From an uncultured Candidatus Entotheonella sp. (GTDB taxonomy: Bacteria; Tectomicrobia; Entotheonellia; Entotheonellales; Entotheonellaceae), in assembly GCA_965215335.1 (NCBI GenBank), contig CBDCDA010000001.1:1184001-1248000 (forward strand): a stretch of DNA of 64,000 nucleotides, read 5' to 3'. The position numbers and the translations under genes are program-made. The notes below the pieces were generated by a model, which worked only from the letters and a program-made list of their open reading frames with translations, was not told the DNA's origin and ran no database searches. Within the stretch, counting starts at the first letter, position 1. Each line of letters begins with the position of its first letter. Below, piece by piece: positions 7,042 through 17,160 of this stretch.

Positions 7042-9648
7042 ATGCAGTTGAAGCCATATCAGGCCGACACCCTCGCCGTGCTGCGGCGCTTCTTTGAAGC
7101 GGCGCGCATCGCCGGACCCGGCAACGCCTACGAGGCCATTACCCGCGAGCCGGAGCAGGCCGGGCGGCTTGGCGGCCATGCCGGAGCATACGCGCCGCTG
7201 AACGACTTGCCAGACGTGCCCTACGTCTGCCTGCGCCTGCCCACCGGCGGCGGCAAGACCATCCTCGCCGCGCACGCCGTGTCCGTCGCCCGCAATGCCT
7301 GGATCGAGAAGGACTATCCGCTGGTGCTGTGGCTGGTGCCGAGCAATACCATCCGTTCGCAGACGGTCGAGGCGCTGAAAAACCCCCGCCATGCGTACCG
7401 GCAAGCGTTGGACGCCGCGTTTGACGGGCGGGTGCGGGTGTTCGACATCGCCGACTTCACCCATATCCGGCCGCACGACCTGCGCCACCGCTGCTGCCTG
7501 GTGGTCGGCACCATTCAAACGCTGCGCGTGAAGAGCACCGAGGGCCGCAAGGTCTACGCCCACAACGAGGCGATGGAGCCGCACTTCGCCACGCTGCCGC
7601 ACACCGGCGCCGTCACGTTTTCCTTCGCCAACCTGCTGCACCTGCACCGGCCCCTGATGATCGTCGATGAGGCGCACAACGCCGTCACCGGCCTGACGCG
7701 GGACATGCAGGCGCGGGTCAACCCTTGCGCCATCATCGAGTTCACGGCGACGCCGCGGCAAAAGTCGAACATCCTGCACAGCGTCACCGCCCAGGAACTC
7801 AAGCACGCAGACATGATCAAGCTGCCGATCATGCTGTCCGAGCACGATTCCTGGCAGAACGCGGTGAGCGGGGCCATCTCCACCCGCGCCAGGCTGGCCG
7901 AGACCGCGCAGGACGACCCCGCCTGCATCCGGCCCATCGTCCTGTTCCAGGCGCAGCCGAAAGACCAGGAGGTGACAGTCGGGGTGCTGAAACAGCACCT
8001 GATGGACGTCGAGCAGATTCCCGCCAGCAAGATCGCCGTCGCTACGGGCAGCCAGCGCGAACTCGACGGCATCGACCTGTTCGACCGCGCCTGTCCCATC
8101 GAATACGTCATCACCGTCGAGGCGCTCAAGGAAGGCTGGGACTGCTCGTTCGCCTATGTCTTCTGCTCCGTGTCGCGCATCCGCAGCGCCACGGACGTGG
8201 AGCAGCTGCTCGGCCGCGTGCTGCGCATGCCCGACGCCAGGCGGCGCGCGAATTCTGATCTGAACAGGGCGTATGCCTGCCTGTCCGAGCCGTCCTTTGG
8301 CGAGGCGGCGCGCGCCCTGGCCGACAAGCTGGTGGCGATGGGCTTTGAGGAAGACGAGGCGCTCGACAACATCGAGCCGGTGCAGGGCGCGTTCGCGATT
8401 CATGAGGGCTTGTTCGCCCCGCGCGACAAGTCGGCGCCGGTGTTCACCCACACCGTCGCGGCAAGCCCGGACGTCCTGGACGCGCTCCAGGTGGTGACGC
8501 GCGACGGTTTCATGGCGCGCGAGGGAACTGGCGGACAGGTCGAAATCGCGGTCACCGGGCGGGTTGACGGCGGCCTGGAACAGGCGATCTGTCAAGCCCT
8601 GCCGGCAAGCGAGCGGACACGGTTTTCCGAGGCCGTTGCCGCCTATCGTGCCGGGATTCACGACCAATTATCACCCGCCGAGCAAGGACAGTCCTTCGAG
8701 GCGCCGCGGCTGACGTCGGACGTCCAGGGCACGCTGGAATTTGCCGATACGGACGTGTTGATGGAATACCACGAGTGGTCGCTGCTCGACCACTCGCCGA
8801 AGATGGCGCCAGAGGAGTTCGCCATCCGCGAGACGGCGCGCAGCTTTGAAATCGACCTGGACGGCAGGCGCGTCACCTACCAGTTCGCCCGTGAAACCGA
8901 GCAGCTGGTTCTGGATACCCGCGTCGAAGGCTGGACCCCGGAGGGGCTCGTCCTGTGGCTCGACCGGCAGGTGCGCCAGACAGACATTCACCAGAGCGAA
9001 CTGCTCAGATGGCTGCGCGACCTGGTCGGGCACCTGATCCGGGAACGCGGCATGAGCATCACCGCGCTGATGCGCTGCAAGTTCCTGCTGGCCGGCAAGA
9101 TCGAGAGCAAGATCAAGGCCATTCGTCAGCGGGAACGCGACCGCGTCTACCAGCGGCGCCTCTTCGCCCCCGAGGCCAACGTGACGGTGTCGTTCGACGA
9201 CCCCTTCACATTCGTGGCCGGCATGTACCGGGGCCAGCGGCGCTACCGCGGGCGCTGGAAGCCGAGCAGGCACTTTCTGGGACCGGACCACGTGCCCGCT
9301 TTTGACGGCGCCGAGGACGGCGAGGAGGTCCGGTGTGCGCAGGTCATCGACAGCCTGGCACAGGTGGCGTACTGGATTCGCAACGTCGCCCGCCACCGGG
9401 AGTCGTTCTGGCTGCCCACCGCGACGGACAGGTTCTACCCGGACTTTGTCGCCCGCTTGCAGGATGGCCGGCTACTCGTCGTCGAGTACAAGGGCGCGCA
9501 TATCGCCGACGGGCCCGATACCGCCGAAAAGCGGACCATCGGTGCCTTGTGGCAACGGAAAAGTGACGGCCAGGGTCTGTTCATCGTGGTCGAGAAGGAC
9601 GTCAACGGGAAGGACGTGCGTCGGCAGTTGGAGGATTTTCTGACTTGA
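7042..9648 (+). CDS. res: Type III restriction helicase/endonuclease (Res)
   Basis: PTGGGKT, DEAH, TAT, ALKEGWD, QLLGRVLR, and C-terminal YPDF...VEYKG nuclease; lies 3 bp after mod. Confidence 0.9.
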   Translation: MQLKPYQADTLAVLRRFFEAARIAGPGNAYEAITREPEQAGRLGGHAGAYAPLNDLPDVPYVCLRLPTGGGKTILAAHAVSVARNAWIEKDYPLVLWLVPSNTIRSQTVEALKNPRHAYRQALDAAFDGRVRVFDIADFTHIRPHDLRHRCCLVVGTIQTLRVKSTEGRKVYAHNEAMEPHFATLPHTGAVTFSFANLLHLHRPLMIVDEAHNAVTGLTRDMQARVNPCAIIEFTATPRQKSNILHSVTAQELKHADMIKLPIMLSEHDSWQNAVSGAISTRARLAETAQDDPACIRPIVLFQAQPKDQEVTVGVLKQHLMDVEQIPASKIAVATGSQRELDGIDLFDRACPIEYVITVEALKEGWDCSFAYVFCSVSRIRSATDVEQLLGRVLRMPDARRRANSDLNRAYACLSEPSFGEAARALADKLVAMGFEEDEALDNIEPVQGAFAIHEGLFAPRDKSAPVFTHTVAASPDVLDALQVVTRDGFMAREGTGGQVEIAVTGRVDGGLEQAICQALPASERTRFSEAVAAYRAGIHDQLSPAEQGQSFEAPRLTSDVQGTLEFADTDVLMEYHEWSLLDHSPKMAPEEFAIRETARSFEIDLDGRRVTYQFARETEQLVLDTRVEGWTPEGLVLWLDRQVRQTDIHQSELLRWLRDLVGHLIRERGMSITALMRCKFLLAGKIESKIKAIRQRERDRVYQRRLFAPEANVTVSFDDPFTFVAGMYRGQRRYRGRWKPSRHFLGPDHVPAFDGAEDGEEVRCAQVIDSLAQVAYWIRNVARHRESFWLPTATDRFYPDFVARLQDGRLLVVEYKGAHIADGPDTAEKRTIGALWQRKSDGQGLFIVVEKDVNGKDVRRQLEDFLT

Positions 9649-11284
9649 ACTGCGGCAGCTCCGCAATCGTCCCGTCAACGTAGAGGATCCCGAGGGTCTT
9701 GAGGGCGCTGTCAATGATTGCCGCGTGTCGGGCCGCGCCCCGGCCGGCGCACAGCCGCTCCAGCAGCTCGGCCACCGGTGTGCGGCCGTCGACCAGCGAC
9801 ACGACCTGCGCCGCCAGCGGGCTGCACGGGGTGCCCTCCGGGTAGCCGTCGGTTACCAGCACGTGGCCCCACACGAACTCCCCGGCGCCGAGGACGGGCT
9901 TGCGCTTTACAGACACGCCGGCGGCGCGGCGGGGCACCGCTGCCAGGAGCGTCTCGGACGCTCCTGGTGCCGCCAGTCGCGACCGGCGTTCGGCGCGGGC
10001 CGATTCCACGGCGCGGACGTTGCGAACGAACGGCTCCGGCGCCTCCCCTCTCGCCAGCACCACACGCTCATAGCCGCGCGGCGACTGTCCGGCGACGGCG
10101 TGGATGAAGGCGTGGCGTGGCGATAACGACGCCTGGTCGCCCAACAGGCGGCGGGCTTCCCAGAAATACGACGCCGCCGTGCGGTTGCTGCTGTAGAAGA
10201 GTTGCGCCATGGTGCGGAAGTGGTTGTATTCCTTGCGGTACAACTCGGCATAGACCTGCCCCGCCGCCTCGACCATGCCGGGGTCTCTGAGAGCGGTGCT
10301 CACATAGGCGGCGGCCAGCACGCCGGACATCAGCGCCAGGTGCACACCCGATGAAAACAGCGGGTCGACGAAGCACGCCGCATCGCCGACCAGGACGTAG
10401 CCGTCGCCTATCAGCCGCTCCGAGGTGTAGGACCAGTCCTTGATCACCTGCGGCCCGGCAACCAGGTCGGCATCCCGCAGCATGCGGGATGCGACCGGCG
10501 CCGCGGCCAACTGCTGCAGGAAGACCTGCCGCAAATCACTCTTCGACAAGCGTTCCTGCCCCCTGCGGCTGTCTACCACCGTGCCGACGCTCGTCCAGCC
10601 GGTGTGCAGGGGAATCATCCATGACCAGCCGTGCGCATGCGCTTCGATGAGAATGTTGGTTTCGTCGGGCGCCGGCAGGCGGTCGGCGCCGGTCACGTAG
10701 CCGTACACCGCCAGGTTGCGGAAAAACGGGTCCCAGCGCCGCAGCCCGAGTCGGCGTCCCAGCAGGGCAGTCTGGCCGCTGGCATCGACCACGAAGCGGG
10801 CGCGGGCGATGCCGTCGTGCCCGGCGTCGCTGCGGTAGCGCACGCCGGCGGCCCACCCGGCCTCATGCAGGACCTCGACGACCTGGTGCCCTTCGCGCAC
10901 CTCGACGCCACACGCGCGGCTGTTTTCCAGGAGCAATTGATCGAAGACGGGCCGCCACACCTGGTAAGCGTGCGGGTGGTTCGGGTTGGTCTCGCGGAAG
11001 TACCAGCTCCAGGGCTTGTCGTCCTTGCCCCAGACCATGGTGGCACCCCACTTGGGGAGGAATCCGGCCGCCTGCACGGCGGGCAGGACGCCGAGTTCTT
11101 CCAGGACGGGCAGACTGGCCGGAAGGAGGGACTCGCCGACGTGGTGACGCGGGAAGCGCTCGCGTTCGAGGAGCAGTACGCGCCAGCCCTTGCGGGCCAG
11201 CATGGTGGCGGCGGTGCTGCCGCCCGGGCCGCCACCGATCACCACCACGTCGGCGTCGAGATGCGGTTGCCTGGGAGCCGTCAT
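9602..11284 (-). CDS. Flavin-dependent halogenase (PltA/CndH-like branch) with C-terminal extension
   Basis: GGGPGGSTAA, GESLLP, conserved Lys in FLPKWGA, WSWMIP (WxWxIP), GDAACFVDPLFSSGV; alternative TTG start at 11302. Confidence 0.85.
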   Translation of the reverse strand: MTAPRQPHLDADVVVIGGGPGGSTAATMLARKGWRVLLLERERFPRHHVGESLLPASLPVLEELGVLPAVQAAGFLPKWGATMVWGKDDKPWSWYFRETNPNHPHAYQVWRPVFDQLLLENSRACGVEVREGHQVVEVLHEAGWAAGVRYRSDAGHDGIARARFVVDASGQTALLGRRLGLRRWDPFFRNLAVYGYVTGADRLPAPDETNILIEAHAHGWSWMIPLHTGWTSVGTVVDSRRGQERLSKSDLRQVFLQQLAAAPVASRMLRDADLVAGPQVIKDWSYTSERLIGDGYVLVGDAACFVDPLFSSGVHLALMSGVLAAAYVSTALRDPGMVEAAGQVYAELYRKEYNHFRTMAQLFYSSNRTAASYFWEARRLLGDQASLSPRHAFIHAVAGQSPRGYERVVLARGEAPEPFVRNVRAVESARAERRSRLAAPGASETLLAAVPRRAAGVSVKRKPVLGAGEFVWGHVLVTDGYPEGTPCSPLAAQVVSLVDGRTPVAELLERLCAGRGAARHAAIIDSALKTLGILYVDGTIAELPQFKSENPPTADARPSR

Positions 11285-11298
11285 GCCCGGCGCGCCGG

Positions 11299-12609
11299 TC
11301 AATCGGCAGCGTGCCCGGCGGTTCCCGGAGCGGCTGCGGCATACGGGCTGTCCGAAGCGTCGGCATCGTCGTTGGCCGCGGGCGGCTGACCGGTAGCCGG
11401 GTCGACCTCGAAGGGGCCGGGCAATTCCAGTTCGTCGGCGATTTCCTTGACCGCGGGGATGACCTCCTGGCCCATCAGCCGCAGGCTGCGCATGGCGTCG
11501 TCGTGGTTCATGGCGCCGTCGCCGTCCCAGAAGAAAATGCTGCCGGGGCGCAGGTATTCCAGCACGTGGCGGATTTTGGGGATGACGGTCTTGGGCGTGC
11601 CGGAGATCACCGTGTAATCCTGGATCTGCTGCTCATACGGCCGCCCCAGGGCGCTGGCGAGGCCGCCGCGCGCCCGTGTCGCCACGGTCTGCGTCGGCAG
11701 GACACGCTTGCGGGACGTGAGGCCCGGCAGGTTGAGCAGCGCCGGGTTCACGGTTCCCTCGTTACCGGCCAGGAACGGGTTGCTCGGTCCCTGTACGAAC
11801 TTGCGGCCGGTCTCGTCGGCCAGCTTTTCGGTCTCGTCCACGTGCACCTTCCACAGGTAGCCGATGTTCTGCGGGCCGGATGGGTAGCCCTCCTCGGCCG
11901 CGGTGTCGTGGTAGAGCTGGAACGCCTGCCGGGTGGGTTCGAGCTCGGTGGCCAGCATGATGTAGGGGATGCGCTGCCGGGCGGCCCACGTGAGCGAGTC
12001 GCGGCTCACCACGCCCGGCAGCCAGATCGGCGGGTGGGGCTTCTGGTACGGCTTTACCCACGGATTGACGTGGCGGTAATGAAAATGCTTGCCCTCCCAG
12101 CGGAACGGGCCGGAAGTGGTCCATGCCTTGACGATGAAGTCGTGCGCTTCCTGGAAGCGCTCCCAGTTGTAGTGCGGCGGGATGTTGTGCGACACGCTCT
12201 CCCGTCCGGTGCCCCGCACCCAGCCGGACACCAGCCGACCGCGCGAGATCATGTCGATCATGGCGAGTTGCTCCACCAGCCACATCGGGTCGTCCCACAG
12301 CGGCAGGATGTTGCCCAGCAGGACGATCCTGGCGCGCTGGGTCATGCGCGCCAGGATGGAGGCCTCCACGTTCATGGCGCCGCCCATGCAGAACGGCGTG
12401 CCGTGGTGCTCGTTGAGCATCAGGCCGTCGAAGCCCATTTCCTCGGCGTAGCTCTTCTCGTCGAGGTAGCGATTGTAGAGGTCGGCTCCCAGCGCGGGGT
12501 CATAGATGTCGTTGCTCACCTTGAGGTCCATGATGGGCTTGCCGGTGGCGCCGAAATAGCCGGAGCTCGGGTCCTGGTAGGGCCGCTCGGTGAAGTACCC
12601 GATAAACAT
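11299..12609 (-). CDS. LLM-class (luciferase-like) flavin-dependent oxidoreductase
   Basis: AEEMGFDGLMLNEHH, DMISRGRL, PYQKPHPPIW motifs. Confidence 0.9.
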   Translation of the reverse strand: MFIGYFTERPYQDPSSGYFGATGKPIMDLKVSNDIYDPALGADLYNRYLDEKSYAEEMGFDGLMLNEHHGTPFCMGGAMNVEASILARMTQRARIVLLGNILPLWDDPMWLVEQLAMIDMISRGRLVSGWVRGTGRESVSHNIPPHYNWERFQEAHDFIVKAWTTSGPFRWEGKHFHYRHVNPWVKPYQKPHPPIWLPGVVSRDSLTWAARQRIPYIMLATELEPTRQAFQLYHDTAAEEGYPSGPQNIGYLWKVHVDETEKLADETGRKFVQGPSNPFLAGNEGTVNPALLNLPGLTSRKRVLPTQTVATRARGGLASALGRPYEQQIQDYTVISGTPKTVIPKIRHVLEYLRPGSIFFWDGDGAMNHDDAMRSLRLMGQEVIPAVKEIADELELPGPFEVDPATGQPPAANDDADASDSPYAAAAPGTAGHAAD

Positions 12610-12790
12610 CGGTCGTTCTCCCTGTGGTTGCGGAACGATTGAAAACGGCGGCTGCCGCAGGATGGACGGCGAGCCATGCGGGGAGCATTATAGCACCGTC
12701 GCCCCTTGATCCCACGCCCCCTTGGTGTGACAATACCGCCCTTGCGAAAGCGGTCGACGGCTTATTATCGAGGAGCAAGGACAACCCATC

Positions 12791-13594
12791 ATGACGACAT
12801 CTTCGGCGCCCTGGACGGCGGACATGATCGAGGCGGCGGGCCTCGAGATCGAGCTTGTGAAAGGCGGCGACGGGCCGCCCCTGGTGGTGCTGCACGACGA
12901 GTTGGGGCATCCCGGCTGGCTGCGCTATCACGACGCCCTGGCTCGGCACTACACCCTGCATCTGCCGTCGCATCCCGGCTTTGGGCAATCCGAGCGCCCG
13001 GACTGGATCGTGACCATGCGGGACCTGGCCTGCTGGTACCTCGACGCGCTGGACGAACTGGGCTTGCAGCAGATGCCGGTCATCGGCGTCGGGTTGGGCG
13101 GCTGGCTGGCGGCGGAGATGGCGACCATGTGCCCGGCACAGTTCGGCAAGCTGGTCCTGGTGGGTGCGCCGGGCATCAAGCCGCCGCGCGGCGAGATTTA
13201 CGATGTGTTCCTGGTGATTGCCAAGGACTACGTGGCTGCCAATTTCCACGACGCCGCGAACTGCGCGGAGTACCAGGCATTGTACGGCGCCGACCCGACG
13301 CCCGAGCAGGCGGAGAACTGGGAGGTGGCGCGCGAGATGGCCAGCCGGCTGAGCTGGCGGCCCTTCATGCACTCGCCCAGCCTGCCGCACCTGCTGCGCC
13401 GGCTGCGCCGGCTCCCTACCCTTCTGGCCTGGGGCAGGCAGGACGCCATCGTGCCCCTGAGCGCCGCGGAGGTGTACCAGGCGTCGATTCCGGGCGCGCA
13501 ACTGGCCGTTTTCGATCCGTGCGGCCATCACCCGGAAATCGAGCAGGCCGACGCCTTTGTGGAGCGGGTTCTGGCCTTCCTGGGCAACGCCTGA
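12791..13594 (+). CDS. Alpha/beta hydrolase-fold protein lacking the nucleophile Ser
   Basis: HPGFGQS, WGRQDAIVP and CGHHPEIE motifs; the elbow reads GVGLGG. Confidence 0.85.
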   Translation: MTTSSAPWTADMIEAAGLEIELVKGGDGPPLVVLHDELGHPGWLRYHDALARHYTLHLPSHPGFGQSERPDWIVTMRDLACWYLDALDELGLQQMPVIGVGLGGWLAAEMATMCPAQFGKLVLVGAPGIKPPRGEIYDVFLVIAKDYVAANFHDAANCAEYQALYGADPTPEQAENWEVAREMASRLSWRPFMHSPSLPHLLRRLRRLPTLLAWGRQDAIVPLSAAEVYQASIPGAQLAVFDPCGHHPEIEQADAFVERVLAFLGNA

Positions 13595-14574
13595 TGCCGA
13601 ACGTCCTGATCACCGCGCGGTATTTTGCCGTCGATCCCGAACCCCTCGATCTGTTGCGGCGCAACGGCTGCGTCATCACCCACCCGGACATTGATTGGAC
13701 CCTGGGCGACGGCAACGTGTCGCAAGCCCGCGCCATCGAGCTGCTGCGCGACGCGGATGGGGCGATTGTTTCGTCGATGCCTGTTACCGACGCGGTTCTC
13801 GCGGAAACGCCGCGGCTCAAGGTCATCGCCCTGCGCGGCGTCGGTTACGACTCGGTGGACGTGGCCGCCGCCACGGCGCGCGGCATCCCGGTGGCGGTGG
13901 CGCCGGGGTTCACCGACAGCGTCGCCGATTACGTGTTCGGCCTGCTGCTGGCAGTGGCGCGCCAGGTGGCGCAGGCGGACCGCGTGATACGAGACAGGCG
14001 CTGGGATGTGCTGGTCAGCACCAACATCGCCGGCAAGACGCTGGGCATCATCGGTCTGGGGCGCATCGGCAAGGCGGTGGCACGCCGCGCGCGCGGCTTC
14101 GACATGCCGATTCTGGCCACCGACGTGGTACGCGACGACGACTTCGCGGCGTCGCATGGCGTGCGGTACGTGACGCTGGAGGAACTGCTGCGGCAAGCGG
14201 ACATCGTGTCCATCAACGCCCCGTTGCAGGGCGATACCCGGTATCTCATCAACGCGCAAGCCCTCGCCTCGATGCAGCCGACGGCGTATCTGATCAACAC
14301 GGCGCGCGGCGACCTGGTCGATGAAACCGCCCTAGCGGGGGCGTTGCGCGCCGGCCGCCTGGCCGGCGCCGCCCTCGACGTGTTTCACGACGAACCCCTG
14401 CGGGAAAGCCCGTTGCGCGGTCTCGACAACGTTGTCCTGTCCCCTCACCTCGCCGCCTACAGCCGCGAGGGCCTGCGCGAAACCGGCGTTCTGGCCGCCC
14501 GCGCCGTGCTCGCCGTGCTGGCCGGCGGTCGTCCCGAGGCGGCGCAATGGGTCAATCCCGAGGCGTCCGGGTAG
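13594..14574 (+). CDS. D-2-hydroxyacid / phosphoglycerate dehydrogenase family
   Basis: GIIGLGRIG, LINTARG, LDVF..EP, SPHLA; TGATG coupling gives the true start at 13594, not 12706. Confidence 0.9.
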   Translation: MPNVLITARYFAVDPEPLDLLRRNGCVITHPDIDWTLGDGNVSQARAIELLRDADGAIVSSMPVTDAVLAETPRLKVIALRGVGYDSVDVAAATARGIPVAVAPGFTDSVADYVFGLLLAVARQVAQADRVIRDRRWDVLVSTNIAGKTLGIIGLGRIGKAVARRARGFDMPILATDVVRDDDFAASHGVRYVTLEELLRQADIVSINAPLQGDTRYLINAQALASMQPTAYLINTARGDLVDETALAGALRAGRLAGAALDVFHDEPLRESPLRGLDNVVLSPHLAAYSREGLRETGVLAARAVLAVLAGGRPEAAQWVNPEASG

Positions 14575-14595
14575 CGGCATCCGGCTTGCGGGCCG

Positions 14596-16218
14596 TCACG
14601 GCACCGCGAGCATGCCGGGCTCGTACCGTTCGCACGGCGCCAGTCCCATGAGCTGGATCACCGTATTGGCCATGTTGGCCAGCGTGTGGACCTGCCCGTG
14701 CCGCAGCCGGTAGGGATCGACCCCCGCCGGGTCGTACAGGTAGAACGGCACCGGGCTCAGGCTGTGCGAGGTCTTGGACGGCAGCGCGGCGTCGAGGGCT
14801 TGCCAGTCGGCCGCCTGGCCGGGTTTGACGTCGAGCATGTCGTCGCAGTTGCCGTGGTCGGCGGTGACGAGCAGGACGGTGTTGCTCGCCTCGGCCGCCC
14901 GGATCAGTCTGCCCAGCATCAGGTCCAGGGTCGAGACGGCCACGACCGTCGCCGGCAAATCGCCGGTATGCCCCACCATGTCCCCATTCGCCAGGTTGAT
15001 GCGGCCAACGTCGAAGCTGCCGCGCTGCATGCGCGCCACGGCGGCGGCGGTGATCTCCGCGGCCTTCATCCACGGCCGTTGCTCAAAGCCGATACCTTCG
15101 TCCGACGGAATTTCCAGGTATTCCTCCAGGCTGCGGTCGACGTAGCCGGACCTGTTGCCGTTCCAGAAGTAAGTCACGTGCCCGAACTTCTGCGTCTCGC
15201 TGCAGGCGAACTGTCGCAGCTGGCGCGCCACGAAAAACTCGCTCAGGGTGTGGTCGATCTGCGGCGGCGCCACCAGGTAGTGTTCGGGGATGGCGAGGTC
15301 GCCGTCGTACAGCATCATGCCGGCGTAAAAGGTATCGGGACGGCGAAGGCGGTCGAAGTGCGGGAAGTCCTTGTCGCAGAAGGCCCTCGACATTTCGATG
15401 GCGCGGTCGCCGCGGAAGTTGAAAAAGATAACGCCGTCGCCGTCGTGAATCGGCCCGACGGGTTGCCCGCGTTCGTCGGTGACGACGAACGCGGGCAGAT
15501 ACTGGTCGCTCGCGTCGGTGTCCTGGCGGAAGGTCTGCAGGGCCGCGGTGAGGGACGGGAAGCCCTGCCCGGCGCCCAGCACGTGCACCCGCCAGCCCCG
15601 TTGCACCATGCCCCAGTCGGCCTCGTAACGATCCATGGTGATGCGCATGCGCCCGCCGCCGGAGGCGGCCAGCACGTCGAAATCGGGGCTGCGCAGCCCG
15701 GCCATGGTCGTTTCCAGGCGCGTCACGTAGGTCTCGGCCGACTTTTCGCCCACGTCGCGGCCATCGAACAGCACGTGTACCCGCACCCGCCTGACGCCGT
15801 CGGACTTGGCTCGCGCCAGCATGGCGTACAGGTGCTGTTCATGCGCGTGCACGTTGCCATCGGACAGCAGGCCGAGGAAGTGCAGGGTGCCCTCGTGCGC
15901 GCCGACGTAGGACAGCAGGTCGCGCCAGGTGCGGCCCGCAAAGATACGTTCGGAAGCGATGGCCTGCCTGACCAGGGTGGCGCCCTGCGCAAAGACGCGC
16001 CCGGCGCCGAGAGCGTTGTGCCCCACCTCGCTGTTGCCGATGTCGTCGTCGCTCGGCAGGCCGACGGCGGTGCCGTGCGCCTGCAACGTGGTGTACAGCC
16101 CGTGCCGTCCGAGCCACTCCATGGCCGGCGTCCAGGCGAGCCGTACCGCATTGCCGAACCGTTCCTCACGCACGCCAACGCCATCCATGACCACAATTAA
16201 AACCCGTCTGTCGTTCAC
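14596..16218 (-). CDS. gpmI: 2,3-bisphosphoglycerate-independent phosphoglycerate mutase
   Basis: MDGVG, GNSEVGH, DGRD, NFRGDR, DMVGHTG, TADHGN; GTG 16218 follows AAAGGA. Confidence 0.93.
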   Translation of the reverse strand: MNDRRVLIVVMDGVGVREERFGNAVRLAWTPAMEWLGRHGLYTTLQAHGTAVGLPSDDDIGNSEVGHNALGAGRVFAQGATLVRQAIASERIFAGRTWRDLLSYVGAHEGTLHFLGLLSDGNVHAHEQHLYAMLARAKSDGVRRVRVHVLFDGRDVGEKSAETYVTRLETTMAGLRSPDFDVLAASGGGRMRITMDRYEADWGMVQRGWRVHVLGAGQGFPSLTAALQTFRQDTDASDQYLPAFVVTDERGQPVGPIHDGDGVIFFNFRGDRAIEMSRAFCDKDFPHFDRLRRPDTFYAGMMLYDGDLAIPEHYLVAPPQIDHTLSEFFVARQLRQFACSETQKFGHVTYFWNGNRSGYVDRSLEEYLEIPSDEGIGFEQRPWMKAAEITAAAVARMQRGSFDVGRINLANGDMVGHTGDLPATVVAVSTLDLMLGRLIRAAEASNTVLLVTADHGNCDDMLDVKPGQAADWQALDAALPSKTSHSLSPVPFYLYDPAGVDPYRLRHGQVHTLANMANTVIQLMGLAPCERYEPGMLAVP

Positions 16219-16455
16219 GCGGTGTCCTTTTCTATCCAACGATACGTCGGGCACCGGGGCTCGCGTACCCGTGCCCGGGAATCCAATTCGGGCCCGTCCA
16301 GGCAGGTTTCAACCCCCTTCGGCGAACGGGTTGCAGCGAGTTGTAAAAACATCCCGTACGATTCTATTATAGGGCACGAAGCCTGCATGCAACCGCCAGC
16401 TCCGGAGGCACGACTCGCCGCGCTGGCCTTCACGTCTCGTATCGGGAGTTGCGAC

Positions 16456-17160
16456 ATGCCCACCGATCCGAACCGCGTCACGATCTGGCAGTTTCCCAAG
16501 GCGATTTTCGCCTGGCCCCTGTGTTTCCTGAGCCTGCTGTGCCTCATTCTCTACAACGCCGGGGTGAACCCGGAATGGCTCGCGTGGGTGCAATTCGTCA
16601 CGCTGGTGGGCATCATCCTGGCCCTGGCCCTCGACGTGGATATTCACATGCTGGCGATATTCGGATTGGTGCTGCTCCTCGGGCTGTTCTGCGGTCTGTG
16701 GATGACCTACGCCTTTGGTATCTCGGTATTCCAGAACATCCACGCCTTCTTCCGTGACCTCGACCTGCAGTTCAACGAGCAGACGGCGCTTTTGTGGTTC
16801 ATTCTCGGCGCCCTCCTGTTCGCCTACAGTCTGGGGCGTGTGCTGTACGACGGGCGCTGGAGCATGACGTCCAACGAGTTGCAGCACCAGGTCCTGTTTC
16901 GCCGCCGCCGCGCCTTTGCACGCGGCGCCAAAACGGTGGAGGCCGAGTTTCCCGACCTGCTCGAGTGGGTCCTGGGGTTTGGGGCCGGAACGCTCATCAT
17001 CCTCGATTCGCGTTCCAGGCAGGTGATCAATCGCATTCCCAACGTCCTGGCGCTTTCCTCGAAGATCGCCAAGATGGACCGTCTGCTCGAGCTGCGGGAG
17101 GTCGTCGAGCGCCGGGGGGACGAGGCGTTCGAGGACGACGATGAGCAGGAAGGGCGGTAA
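16456..17160 (+). CDS. Hypothetical multi-pass membrane protein
   Basis: About four hydrophobic segments and an acidic tail; GGGAG precedes ATG 16456. Confidence 0.7.
   Translation: MPTDPNRVTIWQFPKAIFAWPLCFLSLLCLILYNAGVNPEWLAWVQFVTLVGIILALALDVDIHMLAIFGLVLLLGLFCGLWMTYAFGISVFQNIHAFFRDLDLQFNEQTALLWFILGALLFAYSLGRVLYDGRWSMTSNELQHQVLFRRRRAFARGAKTVEAEFPDLLEWVLGFGAGTLIILDSRSRQVINRIPNVLALSSKIAKMDRLLELREVVERRGDEAFEDDDEQEGR

Noticed and set aside
6376..8667. 763-aa minus-strand ORF
   Set aside because: Antisense shadow of mod/res.
9602..9648. 47-bp convergent overlap of res and the halogenase as antisense regulation
   Set aside because: More simply explained by the island junction removing the original halogenase stop.
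12706..13593. N-terminal extension making a 622-aa dehydrogenase fusion
   Set aside because: It overlaps the hydrolase in another frame and is Arg/Gly/Ala-rich noise; TGATG coupling marks the real start at 13594.
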